From Vicinamibacterales bacterium (GTDB lineage Bacteria > Acidobacteriota > Vicinamibacteria > Vicinamibacterales > UBA8438), in contig CATQHX010000003.1 of NCBI GenBank assembly GCA_958296065.1, forward strand, positions 124,066-188,065: a stretch of DNA of 64,000 nucleotides, in the 5' to 3' direction. The notes beneath the pieces are model-generated. The model did not search any database, was not told the DNA's origin, and was given only the letters and a program-made list of their open reading frames with translations. The position numbers were made by a program, and so were the translations under genes. Positions 25,756-35,525 of the stretch are shown piece after piece. How positions within the stretch are numbered: position 1 is the stretch's first letter; each line of letters begins with the position of its first letter.

Positions 25756-27153
25756 ATGCCGGTGGAGGGAAGGGGCCTCAGTTCGAGAGCAGCGCATGAC
25801 GGGGGACGGGACGTGAGGACTGGCGAGCGCCTATCAGCCTCAGAGAGAGTTCAGCGACTCCAGACGGCGCTACATGCGAAAGCGAAGGAAGCTCCGAGCT
25901 TCCGATTCTACTCGCTGAGCGACAAGGTGTGGCGCGACGACGTGCTCGTGGTCGCCTGGCAGGCTGTTCGTCGCAACGGCGGCGCGGCCGGGGTGGACGG
26001 CGAGACGGTCGAGGACATCGAGTCGTTCGGGGTGGAGCGGTGGCTGGGAGCACTGGCGCGGGACCTGAAGGCGGGGACCTACCGGCCGCGAGCGGTGCGA
26101 CAGGTCCTCATCCCAAAGAAGAAACGCGGACAGTTCAGGCCGTTAGGTATTCCCTGTCTCCGGGACCGGGTGGCACAGACGGCGGCGATGCTGGTGTTGT
26201 CGCCGATCTTCGAGGCCGACCTGCAACCGGAGCAGTATGCGTACCGGCCGGGCCGAGACGCGAAGGACGCGGTCAGGCGCGTGCATCGGCTGCTGACGAC
26301 GGGCCATCGGGAGGTGGTAGACGCCGACCTGTCGGACTACTTCGGTCAAATCCCGCACTCGGACCTGCTCCGGTCCATCGCGCGGCGCGTGAGCGACGGG
26401 CGGCTGCTGGGCTGGGTCAAGTCGTGGCTGGAAATGGCGGTGGAGGAGGACGATGGGCGCGGCGGTCGCCGCCTGACGAACCGGGCGCGTCGCGAGCGGA
26501 AGGGCACCCCGCAGGGGTCACCGATTTCGCCGCTGTTCAGCAACGTCTACATGCGTCGCTTCATTCAGGGCTGGAAGGTGCTGGGCTACGCCCGGCGCTT
26601 CCAGGCGGAAATCGTCAACTATGCAGACGACCTCGCGGTGCTCGGCCGAGCGTCGGCGGCAGAGATGCTGACGGCGGTCGAAGGGCTGATGCGGCGTCTG
26701 AAGCTGCCGATGAACGCTGAGAAGACCCGCTGCTGCCGGGTGCCGGAGGAGCCGATGACGTTCCTTGGCTACCGGATTGGGCGCAACTACCGGCCGTCTA
26801 CGGGTGCCGCCTACATCGGCACGCGTCCCAGTCGGGAGAGCGTCCAGAGCATCTGCCGTCGAGTGAGCGAGCTGACGACGCGGCGTGACGAGCTCCTGCC
26901 GCCGGGAGAAGTGGTGGCGCGCCTGAACCGGTTGCTTACCGGCTGGGCGAACTACTTCACCCTCGGGCAGGTCAGCCCCGCGTATCGCGCCGTTGACCAG
27001 CACGCCGCGCGGCGGCTGCGCCAGTGGCTCTGCCGCAAGCACAAGGTGCGAGACGGGAAGTCTATGCGCTTCCCGTACGAGCGACTCTGGACGGAGTACG
27101 GGCTCACGCGCCTTGCCGCGCGAACGGCGCGCCATCCGTGGGCGAAGGCATGA
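25756..27153 (+). CDS. Group II intron reverse transcriptase/maturase (no HNH endonuclease domain)
   Basis: RFYSLSDKVWRDDVL..AAGVDGETVEDIE..YRPRAVRQVLIPKKKRGQFRPLGIPCLRDRVAQTA..YAYRPGRDAKDAV..DADLSDYFGQIPH..GTPQGSPISPLFSNVYM..IVNYADDLAVLG..FLGYRI..LLTGWANYF (X domain). The protein ends shortly afterwards. Confidence 0.93.
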   Translation: MPVEGRGLSSRAAHDGGRDVRTGERLSASERVQRLQTALHAKAKEAPSFRFYSLSDKVWRDDVLVVAWQAVRRNGGAAGVDGETVEDIESFGVERWLGALARDLKAGTYRPRAVRQVLIPKKKRGQFRPLGIPCLRDRVAQTAAMLVLSPIFEADLQPEQYAYRPGRDAKDAVRRVHRLLTTGHREVVDADLSDYFGQIPHSDLLRSIARRVSDGRLLGWVKSWLEMAVEEDDGRGGRRLTNRARRERKGTPQGSPISPLFSNVYMRRFIQGWKVLGYARRFQAEIVNYADDLAVLGRASAAEMLTAVEGLMRRLKLPMNAEKTRCCRVPEEPMTFLGYRIGRNYRPSTGAAYIGTRPSRESVQSICRRVSELTTRRDELLPPGEVVARLNRLLTGWANYFTLGQVSPAYRAVDQHAARRLRQWLCRKHKVRDGKSMRFPYERLWTEYGLTRLAARTARHPWAKA

Positions 27154-27163
27154 TCTCGTCCGA

Positions 27164-27196
<33 letters not shown>

Positions 27197-27314
27197 GATG
27201 AGCGGCGACTGGAAACGGAGCCACGGCGGGGAGTGAGGCACCGGCACTTGGCGAAAGCCGCCGGGAACAGCTACCCCCTTCCGCCTACCGCCACCGCGCC
27301 AGTCGTCGACTCTA

Positions 27315-27483
27315 CCCGGTATGGACGTGCGGCCGGGCCAACCGGACGCTGGCGTTGTCGACGGCCAGTACCGTTCGATGTCCCGTGTGCAGGGAGGGCG
27401 CCCGGACCGGATCGGCTCGCTGTTCGACGATGCTTGCCCGACTGCCGTAACGCCGGATACCGGCTTGACCGAACGCTTACCCG
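27315..27483. repeat. Copy of repeat module 'a' (3170..3338), same orientation
   Basis: CCCGGTATGGACGTGCGGCCGGGCCAACCGGACGCTGGCGTTGTCGACGGCCAG...GCTGTTCGACGATGCTTGCCCGACTGCCGTAACGCC is near-identical over about 165 bp. Confidence 0.8.
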
Positions 27484-27597
27484 CAATTCCGGAAATCCGG
27501 GCCTTAGCTCGGCGATCCAGGCATCGTGGTAACGTGAGTGGTAAGCGCCTTTCTTATATTTTCTTAACCTATTGTATAACAACATGTTCCATTGATT

Positions 27598-29370
27598 TCA
27601 GTTCTGTAGGGCGAACACGAACAGGTTGTTTCCCGTCCCCGGCTGCAGCTCGGTGGTCAGGCGCAGGTTGTCCCGCGTGCTGAGCGACGAGCCGGTGCTG
27701 ATGGCGACGTACTGGGTGCCGTCGACCGCGTAGGTGATCGGGAAGCCGGTCACCTGCGAGCCGAGGTTGACTTCCCAGAGCACCTCCCCCGTCTCGTGGT
27801 CGATGGCGCGGAAGCGCCCGTTGCTGTCGCCGCCGAAGATGAGTCCGCCGCCCGTGGCGACGAGCGACGTAGTGCCGGCGCGCTGCTCGTAGAGCCAGGT
27901 CGTCTCGCCGGTGGAGGCGTCGATGGCCCGGACCGTGCCTACCTGATCCGTGCCGGGTGCGTTCACGATGCGCTGCGAGAGGTTGTAGAGGCTGCCGTCG
28001 GCTATCGCCAGCATCCGGGCGCAGGCGTTGCGCAGCGGAAAGTACATCATGTTGGTGAGCGGGCTGTAGGCGCCCGATTCCCAGTCCTTGCCGCCGGTGA
28101 CGAACGACGGGCAGATCAGCATCTCGTTGTTCTCGCGCGTGAAGATGAGCTCCGGGTTCTCGGTGACGGCGCCGGTCGCCCCGTCGATGTGGGTGATGAC
28201 GTTCTGGGCCGTCGTCGGCGTCGCCCAGAGGAACTCGCCGGTGGCGCGGTCGAGAGTGTAGACCACGCCGGTCTTGCCCGGGATGCCGGTCACGACCCGG
28301 TACACCTCGCCCTGGCGCAGCCGCGGGTTGATCCAGGCGACATGCTCGGGGTCGGGCGTCATCGCGGTGTCGACCAGCAGCCGCTCGTAGGGGTGGTCCA
28401 GATCCCAATGGTCGTTCAGGTGCTGGTAGAACCACTCGATCTCGCCGGTGTCGGCGTTCAGGGCGAGGGTGGAGTTGTGGTAGAGGTGCGTGTTTTCGAC
28501 GCCGCCGATCATGAACTTCGGCGCCGGCGACGTGACCGAGGTGCCGATGTAGACCAGGTTCAGCTCGGGGTCGTAGCTCGGCACCATCCACGCGCCGACG
28601 TGCTTCCGTTCCTCGAACGGCACGCCGCCCCAGGTCTCGTCGCCGAACTCGCCCGGGCCGGGAATGAGGCGGCGGCGCCACAGCTCGTCGCCGGTCGCGG
28701 CGTCGTGCGCGACGATGACGCAGGCGTTCGGGCCGCCGCGCGGCGAGCAGCTCCGCCCGGAGATCACCTTGCCGTCGGCGACGATCGGGCCGGAGGTCTG
28801 GTTGGCCGGGTTGACGGTGTAGTCGAGCACCATCGTCTCCCACGCCACCTCGCCGGTCCGCGCGTCGATGGCGATCACCCAGTCGTCCGACGTGCTGTCG
28901 AACAGGTAGTTGCCATGGATGGCGATGTTGCGGTTGGTGTCGATCAGGCTGCCGATCATGTAGTCGGCCAAATCGTCGGGGCGCTCGCGGCGGTGCTCCC
29001 AGATGAGGTCGCCGCTCACCGCGTCGATGGCCTGGATGATGTCGCGCGGGTTCGGCATGTAGAGGACGCCGTCGTATACGAGCGGTGTTCCCTGCTGCAG
29101 TCCGGGGCCGAGCGGACGCGTCCAGACCAGCCGGAGGCCGGCGACGTTGTCGCGGTCGATCTGCTCGAGGGGGCTGAAGCCCCAGGTGTTCAGGGTGCGG
29201 CGCCACATCAGCCAGTCGTCCGGATCGGGATCCTGGAGCATGGCGTCGGTGACCGGAACGAACTCGCGGTCGCCCTGCTGCGCCTGCAGGGGCACCGCAA
29301 GGAGCGTAGCGGTGGCAACGATGAGAAGAAGGAACGACGCCGATGTGGAAACGTAGTGCTGAAGCTTCAT
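27598..29370 (-). CDS. PQQ-dependent dehydrogenase (quinoprotein alcohol/glucose dehydrogenase family)
   Basis: Signal peptide. ..DWLMWRRTLNTWGFSPLEQI..GLRLVWTRPLG..QGTPLVYDGVLYM..IQAIDAVSGDLIWEH.. These are repeated W-motif beta-propeller signatures. Confidence 0.88.
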   Translation of the reverse strand: MKLQHYVSTSASFLLLIVATATLLAVPLQAQQGDREFVPVTDAMLQDPDPDDWLMWRRTLNTWGFSPLEQIDRDNVAGLRLVWTRPLGPGLQQGTPLVYDGVLYMPNPRDIIQAIDAVSGDLIWEHRRERPDDLADYMIGSLIDTNRNIAIHGNYLFDSTSDDWVIAIDARTGEVAWETMVLDYTVNPANQTSGPIVADGKVISGRSCSPRGGPNACVIVAHDAATGDELWRRRLIPGPGEFGDETWGGVPFEERKHVGAWMVPSYDPELNLVYIGTSVTSPAPKFMIGGVENTHLYHNSTLALNADTGEIEWFYQHLNDHWDLDHPYERLLVDTAMTPDPEHVAWINPRLRQGEVYRVVTGIPGKTGVVYTLDRATGEFLWATPTTAQNVITHIDGATGAVTENPELIFTRENNEMLICPSFVTGGKDWESGAYSPLTNMMYFPLRNACARMLAIADGSLYNLSQRIVNAPGTDQVGTVRAIDASTGETTWLYEQRAGTTSLVATGGGLIFGGDSNGRFRAIDHETGEVLWEVNLGSQVTGFPITYAVDGTQYVAISTGSSLSTRDNLRLTTELQPGTGNNLFVFALQN

Positions 29371-29478
29371 GGGGGCAGCTTAGCCGGGACGCGCATCGCG
29401 TTCAATGGGTTGCTGCAGGGCGGGGCGCCACAGCGGGCCCCGGGGCTGCTGTACGCTTGGTGTGCGTCGGACCGGGAC

Positions 29479-29555
29479 GCGCCCGTAGCTCAGGTGGATA
29501 GAGCATCGGTCTTCTAAACCGAGGGTCGCTGGTTCGAGTCCAGCCGGGCGCGCCA
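29479..29555 (+). tRNA. tRNA-Arg (anticodon UCU), CCA encoded
   Basis: GCGCCCG-TA-GCTC-AGGTGGATA-GAGC-A-TCGGT-CTTCTAA-ACCGA-GGGTC-GCTGG-TTCGAGT-CCAGC-CGGGCGC-G-CCA folds as a full cloverleaf by hand. Confidence 0.93.
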
Positions 29556-29571
29556 ATTTTCGCCCGCGCAG

Positions 29572-30489
29572 CTACTGCTCCGCCATGTGGAGGTCGACGA
29601 AGAGACGGATGCTGACGCCGGGGCGGGCGCCTGCGGAGATCTGCGCGCCGCGCGGATCCGGCGGCTCGTACAGCACGCGGTACCGCTTCGACACTTCCAC
29701 GTAGTGGGCGTTCAGGCGTGCTGCGTACCTGCGCATCCATTCCGGCATGCCGGTTACGGCGGAGAAGGTCTCGTACACGCCGCCCGTGTTGTCGGCGATG
29801 TTGCGGGCGTACCCCCGCATGACGCTGCTGTTGACGCTGTTGCCCCGGCTGCCGCCCGACAGTTGCAGAATGTTCACCGTGACGCCGTCGGCGATGAGCG
29901 CCTCGACGAATTCGGCATATTGGCGATCGCTGTAGTTCCTGCTGTTCTCGGGGCCGTCCGTCAGGAGGAGCACCATCACCGGCAGAGTCTCATCGCCCTC
30001 GTAGTGGCGCTCCCAGATCTCCTTGATGCCGTCGAGCAGGAAGGTGCCTGCGCCCGAATCCAGGAAGATCTCCTCGGCCGACGCTTTCAGCTCCCCGCGG
30101 TCCGTCGTGAAGTCGACCCGCCGCTGGACGTTCCGGGCGATCGTGAACACGGCAACCTCGTGTTCCGGCGCGAGCGTGTCGAGAAACGCTTCCATCGCGT
30201 CCTGCAGCGGGTTGAGCGCGTTGAATTGGGACATCCGGTCGCCGTTGTCGATGAGCAGCGCCACCTTCATCGGCCCGACCGGCTCGACCGAGACGATCCT
30301 CGTCCGGGTGTCGTCCTCCAGCACGATGAAGTCCGACGCGGTCAGGCCGGGAACCACCCGTCCATCGGCATCCAGCGCCTCGATGTACAGCCGCCCGAGC
30401 GCCTGCGCCCCGGCCGCCGCGGGCACAGACAGCGCCAGCGCGACCACCGCCAACAGGATCAACCCACCGCCGGTCGCGGAACGCTGCAT
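29572..30489 (-). CDS. Secreted von Willebrand factor A (VWA) domain protein
   Basis: Signal peptide ..ALSVPAAAGAQ. VALLIDNGDRMS (MIDAS-like DxxxS), ..VAVFTIARNVQRRVDFT.., ..VMVLLLTDGPENS. Confidence 0.75.
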   Translation of the reverse strand: MQRSATGGGLILLAVVALALSVPAAAGAQALGRLYIEALDADGRVVPGLTASDFIVLEDDTRTRIVSVEPVGPMKVALLIDNGDRMSQFNALNPLQDAMEAFLDTLAPEHEVAVFTIARNVQRRVDFTTDRGELKASAEEIFLDSGAGTFLLDGIKEIWERHYEGDETLPVMVLLLTDGPENSRNYSDRQYAEFVEALIADGVTVNILQLSGGSRGNSVNSSVMRGYARNIADNTGGVYETFSAVTGMPEWMRRYAARLNAHYVEVSKRYRVLYEPPDPRGAQISAGARPGVSIRLFVDLHMAEQ

Positions 30490-30645
30490 CTGGTTTCCCT
30501 GTCCTCTCGCGCCGGTCGGGCAAGCCGATCCGGCGCCGTCGGAACGATCACTCGCGGCCGGCGGTCCTGCCGGTGCCTTCCGGAGTATACGCGCCCCCGT
30601 GGCGGACGATTTGGCCGTCGTCGACGCCTCGGCAGCGTCCGGTTG

Positions 30646-31770
30646 TCACTGTGCGCCGGACATTTCCCTGAACGTCAGCTTCTGCATGCCCGCGCCCGTC
30701 GCCGCCACGTAGAGATTGCCCCGCGAATCGGTCGCTATATGGTGGCCGGCGCCCAGGATGCCCTCCGGGCGGACGGTTCCGAGGACCTCGAGCGTCGCGC
30801 GATCGACGACGACGATGCCGTCATCGCCGCCGACGTAGAGGAACTGCTGCTCCGGGTCCGCGGACAGTTCGAGATTCCGCGCGAAGGGTGCGTCGGGCGT
30901 GACCACCTGGTTCACGAACGTGCCACCGAGGGTGAACACCTGCACGCGGCGGTGTTCGCGGTCGGCCGCATACACCATGCCGTCGTCCGACACGCGGATG
31001 GCGTGGAGGACGTTGAAATACGGAGGACCCGGATCCGAGAAGCTGGTCGGGTTCTGCACCTGACACTGGTCGTCGTCCACCGGCGTGTCGCCGAATGCTC
31101 CCCACCTCCGCTTGAAGCGGCCGGTCCGTGCGTCGAATACGGCGACACGGCGGTTGCCGTACCCGTCGGCGACGAACAGCTCGTTGGTTGGCGGATGGAC
31201 CTGCTGGTCCGCCGGCCGGTGGAGGTTCATCATGTCGGCGTTGCCGCTGCTCCCGTCGCTGCGACCGATCTGCATGACGAACGTGCCGTCCTGCGTGAAC
31301 TTCAACAACTGGTCGTCGTTGACCGGCTCGACCCGGGGCACGCCGTTGGTGGGGCAGTTGTTGCCGCCCAGCCACACGAACCCCTCGTGATCGATGTGGA
31401 GGCCGTGTTCCCGCTGGGGCCATTCGTAGCCGTCGTCCGGACCGCCCCAGGCCTTGATGAAGTTGCCTGCGGCGTCGAACACGACGACCGGCGGCGCGGC
31501 CATCGCGGCCTCCTCGGGCGGGAGCGTCAGCGGGCGGTGCAGGACCCAAACGTTGTCCTGCGCATCGATCGCGATGCTGGACGGAGCTCCGAGCTTCATC
31601 TCGGCCGGCACCGTGGGCCACGTCGCGTCCACTTCGAAGACGGGCAGGCTGCGGCCTTGCGCAGTCGCCGTCCCGGCGGCCGGGGCCGAACCGGACAGCC
31701 ATGCGGGCGTGACCGTGGCGCTCACGATCAGTGTTATCAGAACCGCGCGAAGCAGCCGTATGTTCTGCAT
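30646..31770 (-). CDS. NHL-repeat beta-propeller protein (peptidyl-alpha-hydroxyglycine lyase-like)
   Basis: Signal peptide. IAIDAQDNVWVLHR, VVVFDAAGNFIKAWG, HGLHIDHEGFVWL, LFVADGYGNRRVAVFD, IRVSDDGMVYAADREHRRVQVF, IATDSRGNLYVA. Confidence 0.8.
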   Translation of the reverse strand: MQNIRLLRAVLITLIVSATVTPAWLSGSAPAAGTATAQGRSLPVFEVDATWPTVPAEMKLGAPSSIAIDAQDNVWVLHRPLTLPPEEAAMAAPPVVVFDAAGNFIKAWGGPDDGYEWPQREHGLHIDHEGFVWLGGNNCPTNGVPRVEPVNDDQLLKFTQDGTFVMQIGRSDGSSGNADMMNLHRPADQQVHPPTNELFVADGYGNRRVAVFDARTGRFKRRWGAFGDTPVDDDQCQVQNPTSFSDPGPPYFNVLHAIRVSDDGMVYAADREHRRVQVFTLGGTFVNQVVTPDAPFARNLELSADPEQQFLYVGGDDGIVVVDRATLEVLGTVRPEGILGAGHHIATDSRGNLYVAATGAGMQKLTFREMSGAQ

Positions 31771-31927
31771 GATCGCCTCTCCGTAGCCAGATGAGGGCGA
31801 CGACTATCGCGCTGTGTCTCGCGACGATCGGCGCCCTCGCGATGAATGAACACGCCGTCGAGGATGTTCGCAGTCTCATGGCGCGTCGGCGCCGCTCATC
31901 GAGTCGCCGCCCCAGGCGGGGAAGACT

Positions 31928-32134
31928 CTAGCGTCTTTCCATCTGTTCCAGGTAGTCGACCGCTGCCCGCACCTCGTCGGCGTTCCACGCCGTCCAGTCG
32001 TCGCCGGGAGGCAACCCCGGTACTCCTGTGCTCCGTCCCGCGGCGACGAGATGGATCGCGAGACGTTCCGACCCGTGGTTCCCGCATTGGACCAGGAATC
32101 GCCGCGTCAAGGCGACCGATGGCAGCTCGTTCAT
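31928..32134 (-). CDS. Small hypothetical protein (68 aa)
   Basis: ORF only; no motif. Confidence 0.35.
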   Translation of the reverse strand: MNELPSVALTRRFLVQCGNHGSERLAIHLVAAGRSTGVPGLPPGDDWTAWNADEVRAAVDYLEQMERR

Positions 32135-32299
32135 GAGCGTCTCCCCCGCCCGGCCTGACCGCAGCCGAATGGCTACTGGTCACTCTATCACCGCGCGCTG
32201 GCGCGCCCGACCATTTCTGATCGGACGCACCTGTCCCTCCGCCGCTGAGGATTGTGTTCTTGCTCCACTGAAGACTGCCTGCCGTGTCGAGGGTCGCGA

Positions 32300-32723
32300 T
32301 CATGCCGCCGCCCAAGGGTCGACGACCTCGATGCCGGCGTCCTCGAAGTCGCGAACATTGCGCGTCGCAATCGCCATGCGGTGGGAGCGGGCGATTGCCG
32401 CAATCTGGCAGTCAGCGGGTGCGACGGGCCGGCCGGCGGAACGGCGCTTGGCGGCGATGTGCGTATGCGCGCGCCGCGCCGCTGTCGAACGGCAGCACCC
32501 GATTCTCGAAAGCTTCGCCCAGCATGTTCTCGATGTCCGAGACCAGTGTCTCCCGGCGCTGGCCTGTCGGCAGGATGGCGGCCCCATAGCGCAGTTCTGC
32601 TTCGCCGACCGCGGAGAAGAACAGGTTCTCCAGGCGGTGGCCGGCTGCCCACGCGGCGACGGTCGGGTCAGGCGCCTGGCGCATCAGTTCGGATACGACG
32701 TTCGTGTCCAGCAGCACAGTCAT
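32300..32723 (-). pseudogene. vapC: PIN-domain toxin VapC/FitB-like, frameshifted near 32455-32462
   Basis: MTVLLDTNVVSELMRQAPDP..FFSAVGEAELRYG..RVLPFDSGAARAYA in one frame. IAAKRRSAGRPVAPADCQIAAIARSHRMAIATRNVRDFEDAGIEVVDPW in another. Confidence 0.8.
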
Positions 32724-32733
32724 GGCCGTGGGA

Positions 32734-32976
32734 TCAGTCGAAGGACGGCGGCTCGCGCCCGGGCTCGCGCGGCGGTAACTTCAGGGCCAAGCCGTTGGCC
32801 GGGCCGAAGTGCGAGCGGATGATGGTCGTCAGATTCCGGGAGCTCGGCTTGCGCCCGACGACCTCGCGCAGGATCAGTCGCGCTTCCTCTTCCATGGAGC
32901 GGCCATTGTCCGCCGCCCGCACACGCAGCCGAGTCTTGACGTCGTCGTCGAGGTTGCGAATGGTGATGCTCGCCAT
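32734..32976 (-). CDS. vapB: VapB/FitA-type antitoxin (Arc/RHH-like, 80 aa)
   Basis: MASITIRNLDDDVKTRLRVRAADNGRSMEEEARLILREVV.. Located directly upstream of vapC. Confidence 0.8.
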   Translation of the reverse strand: MASITIRNLDDDVKTRLRVRAADNGRSMEEEARLILREVVGRKPSSRNLTTIIRSHFGPANGLALKLPPREPGREPPSFD

Positions 32977-33602
32977 GTTTGTAGGCCCTCCGTGTCGAAA
33001 CATAACCCCGGACAACGCGTGCGTTGAAAGCATAACGCTGCGGATGCATGCGGCCCACCAAGTGAGTACGGGTGGACGGCGACAGTTGGATTCGCGGTCT
33101 GTCCGCGTTCGACGGTACCGGGCTCTTGACCGCAACTCCCGACGGTTCATCCCCGAGCAGCGGGGTGGAACTCCCTCCGGCAATTGGATCACGCGCCATT
33201 TCGGGGTTCATCCCCGCTTGGTCAGTCCTGACCGGCGGCGTCTTGCTCGTAGCGGTTGATCACCTCGTTCGCCTGCTCGATGCTGCGCACGACGCCGTCG
33301 CCAGTCGTCTGCTGCAGCACCCATTCGTGGGCGCTCTGCTCCTCGTCGGCGCTTGACGGGTCGGTCAGGCTCAGGTCGAGCCGGTCAGCGGCGCACCGCT
33401 TCGAATCCACTCGGCGCGGTAGCGTCGGCTGCGCTCGCCCTCCGCTCTCAGCACCTCTACCGGCTTGAGCTCGGCCGTCGCGTCGCGTACGTGTGCCGCC
33501 CATCTCGGTCGAGCGTCTTCTCGCCGCTCACGCTCGTCGCCCTGAGCAGGATCGTCCCGTTGGACGCCTGAACAGTCCAGTGTCCAGCGTGCCGGTCCGA
33601 TG

Positions 33603-33804
33603 CCGGTTCATGAGCGCGAATCAGGGTCGTTTCGGCGTCGCCACGATGGCCCGCGTGCTCGGTGTCTCCCCGAGGGGGTACTACGCGTGGCGTCGACGTC
33701 CGCCTTCGGCTCGCGCGCGGGCCGATGCGGAGCCGACGGCCCGCGTGCAGGAGATTCATGCCGGCAGCCGGGCCTCGTACGGTGCGCCGCGTAGGGTTCA
33801 GTGA
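33603..33804 (+). pseudogene. IS3-family transposase OrfB N-terminal fragment
   Basis: FGVATMARVLGVSPRGYYAWRRRPPSARARADAEPTARVQEIHAGSRASYGAPR, then a stop. There is no catalytic DDE part. Confidence 0.6.
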
Positions 33805-34163
33805 GGCCCTTGCTGTGCGGGATGCACCGCGTCGCGGTTCCTTCGAGCGTCCTCACGGCTCCCGCGCCTCTCTGAGCCGGTCGCCGGCCTCAGTGGACGG
33901 CGCTGCGGTGGCCGCAGTCGCAAGGCGCTCGGGCCGCTTCCGGACACCACCCGACGAGCAAGCAGCCGCGACAGCCAGGAACTCGCGAGGCGGGCGAGCG
34001 CCGGCACGGAGGTCGAACAGGCGCGCGAGGCAGGAGCAACGTGAAGAACGCCAGGACTGCCTGGAGCACTTCTCCGGCGGGGGGCATTGGGGGGAGGGGC
34101 TGCTGATAGGCTTGGTGATAACGCCTTCAGGGCGGTGTTTCTTCAATAACTTACGGAGATAGA

Positions 34164-34520
34164 TGGTGGAGGCGGCGGGAGTCGAACCCGCGTCCGAAGA
34201 TCCAGCGCCGAGGGAATCTACATGCGTATCCGCCCTTGATTGTGTCGCTTCCGGCGTCGAAGGGCGGCGGAAACCGCCGGAAGCCGAGCCCCGATAAATC
34301 TCGTCGTTGCGTGTCGGTGCCGCGCGCTACGACCAGCCCACTGTATGACACCTGACTCCCGGCCCGCGGGCGTGGTCAGGACAGGCGCGCTGTCTGATTA
34401 GGCAGCGAGAGGAAGCTGCGTGTCCGCAGTTACATTTGGTTTTCCATCGGATTAACGAGTCGATGGTGCTCGGCATGCATCCCGCGGTTCCATGACCCCC
34501 GTCGAAGCCGTGTCGCCCCC
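34164..34520 (-). ncRNA. ssrA: tmRNA (SsrA)
   Basis: 5' GGGGGCGACACGGCUUCGACGGGGG... 3' ...GGACGCGGGUUCGACUCCCGCCGCCUCCACCA. The tag reading frame ends ..ACGCAGCUUCCUCUCGCUGCCUAA (..TQLPLAA*). Confidence 0.92.
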
Positions 34521-34557
34521 ATCGGCGAACATCCAAGCCATTATAATCCGAGGTGGC

Positions 34558-35376
34558 ATGGCTGGAACGCGCAGCGTCGACGACGTGGTGCAGGTGGTCG
34601 TCCCACGCCTGCAGGACGCGGTTGCGTCGGAGATCCGGAATCTGGCTCAGGAGCTGGCCGCCCGCGCCGACGCGGTGCGGGCCGAGGCGGACGCCGAGCA
34701 CGAAGCTTCGCTCGCCCGCGAGCGTGAGCGGGCGATGGCGGAGCGGGCCGAAGCGGTCTCCGCGGCAGTGGCCGTGGCGCGGGAGCAAGCGGCACTGGGC
34801 GTGGTTTCGCGTCTGCTGGATGCGGTCCGCCGATTGGACGAGCAGGCCACGTTGAGCGGTCTACTGGACGCGTTCGTCGAGTTGGCGGCCGCGGAAGCCG
34901 GCCGGGCCGCGCTGTTCGTGGTCGCGCACGAGGGGCCGCGGATCTGGCGTGTGGTGGGACCGGATGCGCCGGCCAATGCAGAGCGGCGTGTCCTGACCGC
35001 GACCGACGCCGGTGTCGTGGCACGGGCGCTCGGCGAGCGACGGAGCGTGTCCGTGAAGCAGGGCAGCGTCGAGGCCGACGAGGATCGGCCTCCCGCCTGC
35101 ATGATGCTGCCGGAGAATCGGTCGGGCGTCGCCGTGCCGGTGCTGATCGGAGGCGAGCCGCTGGTGGCGGTCTACGCCGACGAGGGATCGGAAGGGACCG
35201 GAGTGGACAGTGCCCGCTGGATTGCGGTTATCGAGATCCTGGCAAGCCACGCGGGATCCCGTCTGGAGGCTCTGGCGGCCGAGCGGGCCGCGGCGTTCGC
35301 TCGCGACGCCGTTGCCGCGGCGCCGTCCGCGGGTGACGCGACGGCGGATACCGACACAGGTGAAGCTGCGGGATAG
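34558..35376 (+). CDS. Coiled-coil / GAF-like domain protein
   Basis: Start moved to the ATG at 34558, because ORF 34492 overlaps ssrA. Ala/Glu/Arg-rich helix, then ..ALFVVAHEGPRIWRVVG..VLTATDAGVVARAL..AVPVLIGGEPLVAVYADE, which is GAF-like. Confidence 0.5.
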   Translation: MAGTRSVDDVVQVVVPRLQDAVASEIRNLAQELAARADAVRAEADAEHEASLARERERAMAERAEAVSAAVAVAREQAALGVVSRLLDAVRRLDEQATLSGLLDAFVELAAAEAGRAALFVVAHEGPRIWRVVGPDAPANAERRVLTATDAGVVARALGERRSVSVKQGSVEADEDRPPACMMLPENRSGVAVPVLIGGEPLVAVYADEGSEGTGVDSARWIAVIEILASHAGSRLEALAAERAAAFARDAVAAAPSAGDATADTDTGEAAG

Positions 35377-35416
35377 CGGTCCCGCGGTCACATCCCGTGC
35401 GGCGGTTGGCGGGCGG

Positions 35417-35525
35417 CTGGCAGCTTGCGTCGCAGAACGGAGCGAAGCGGAGTGCTGAGGCGTAAGGTCATGGAGCGTGGGGGATGGGCCGAAACGCCGA
35501 GCCGGCGAGGCGTTTCGGGGCGCTA
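35417..35525. repeat. 110-bp two-hairpin REP-like element, copy 1 (reverse orientation, one degenerate hairpin)
   Basis: ..GGGATGGGCCGAAACGCCGAGCCGGCGAGGCGTTTCGGGGCGCTAG. The terminal CTAG contains the stop of the LysM/SLT gene. Confidence 0.8.

Noticed and set aside
25756-27153. Reverse transcriptase as a retron, DGR or Abi-type defence RT.
   Set aside because: A canonical group II domain V lies 10 nt after the ORF, the 5' end is GTGCG, the maturase X-domain motif (LLTGWANYF) is present, and the ORF placement in domain IV fits an ordinary mobile group II intron.
34005-34022. GGAGGTCGAACAGGCGCG resembling the ssrA 3' segment GGGAGTCGAACCCGCG (possible old att site).
   Set aside because: The match is only about 12 of 16 positions, and no extended similarity exists on either side. 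It is compatible with chance in GC-rich DNA.
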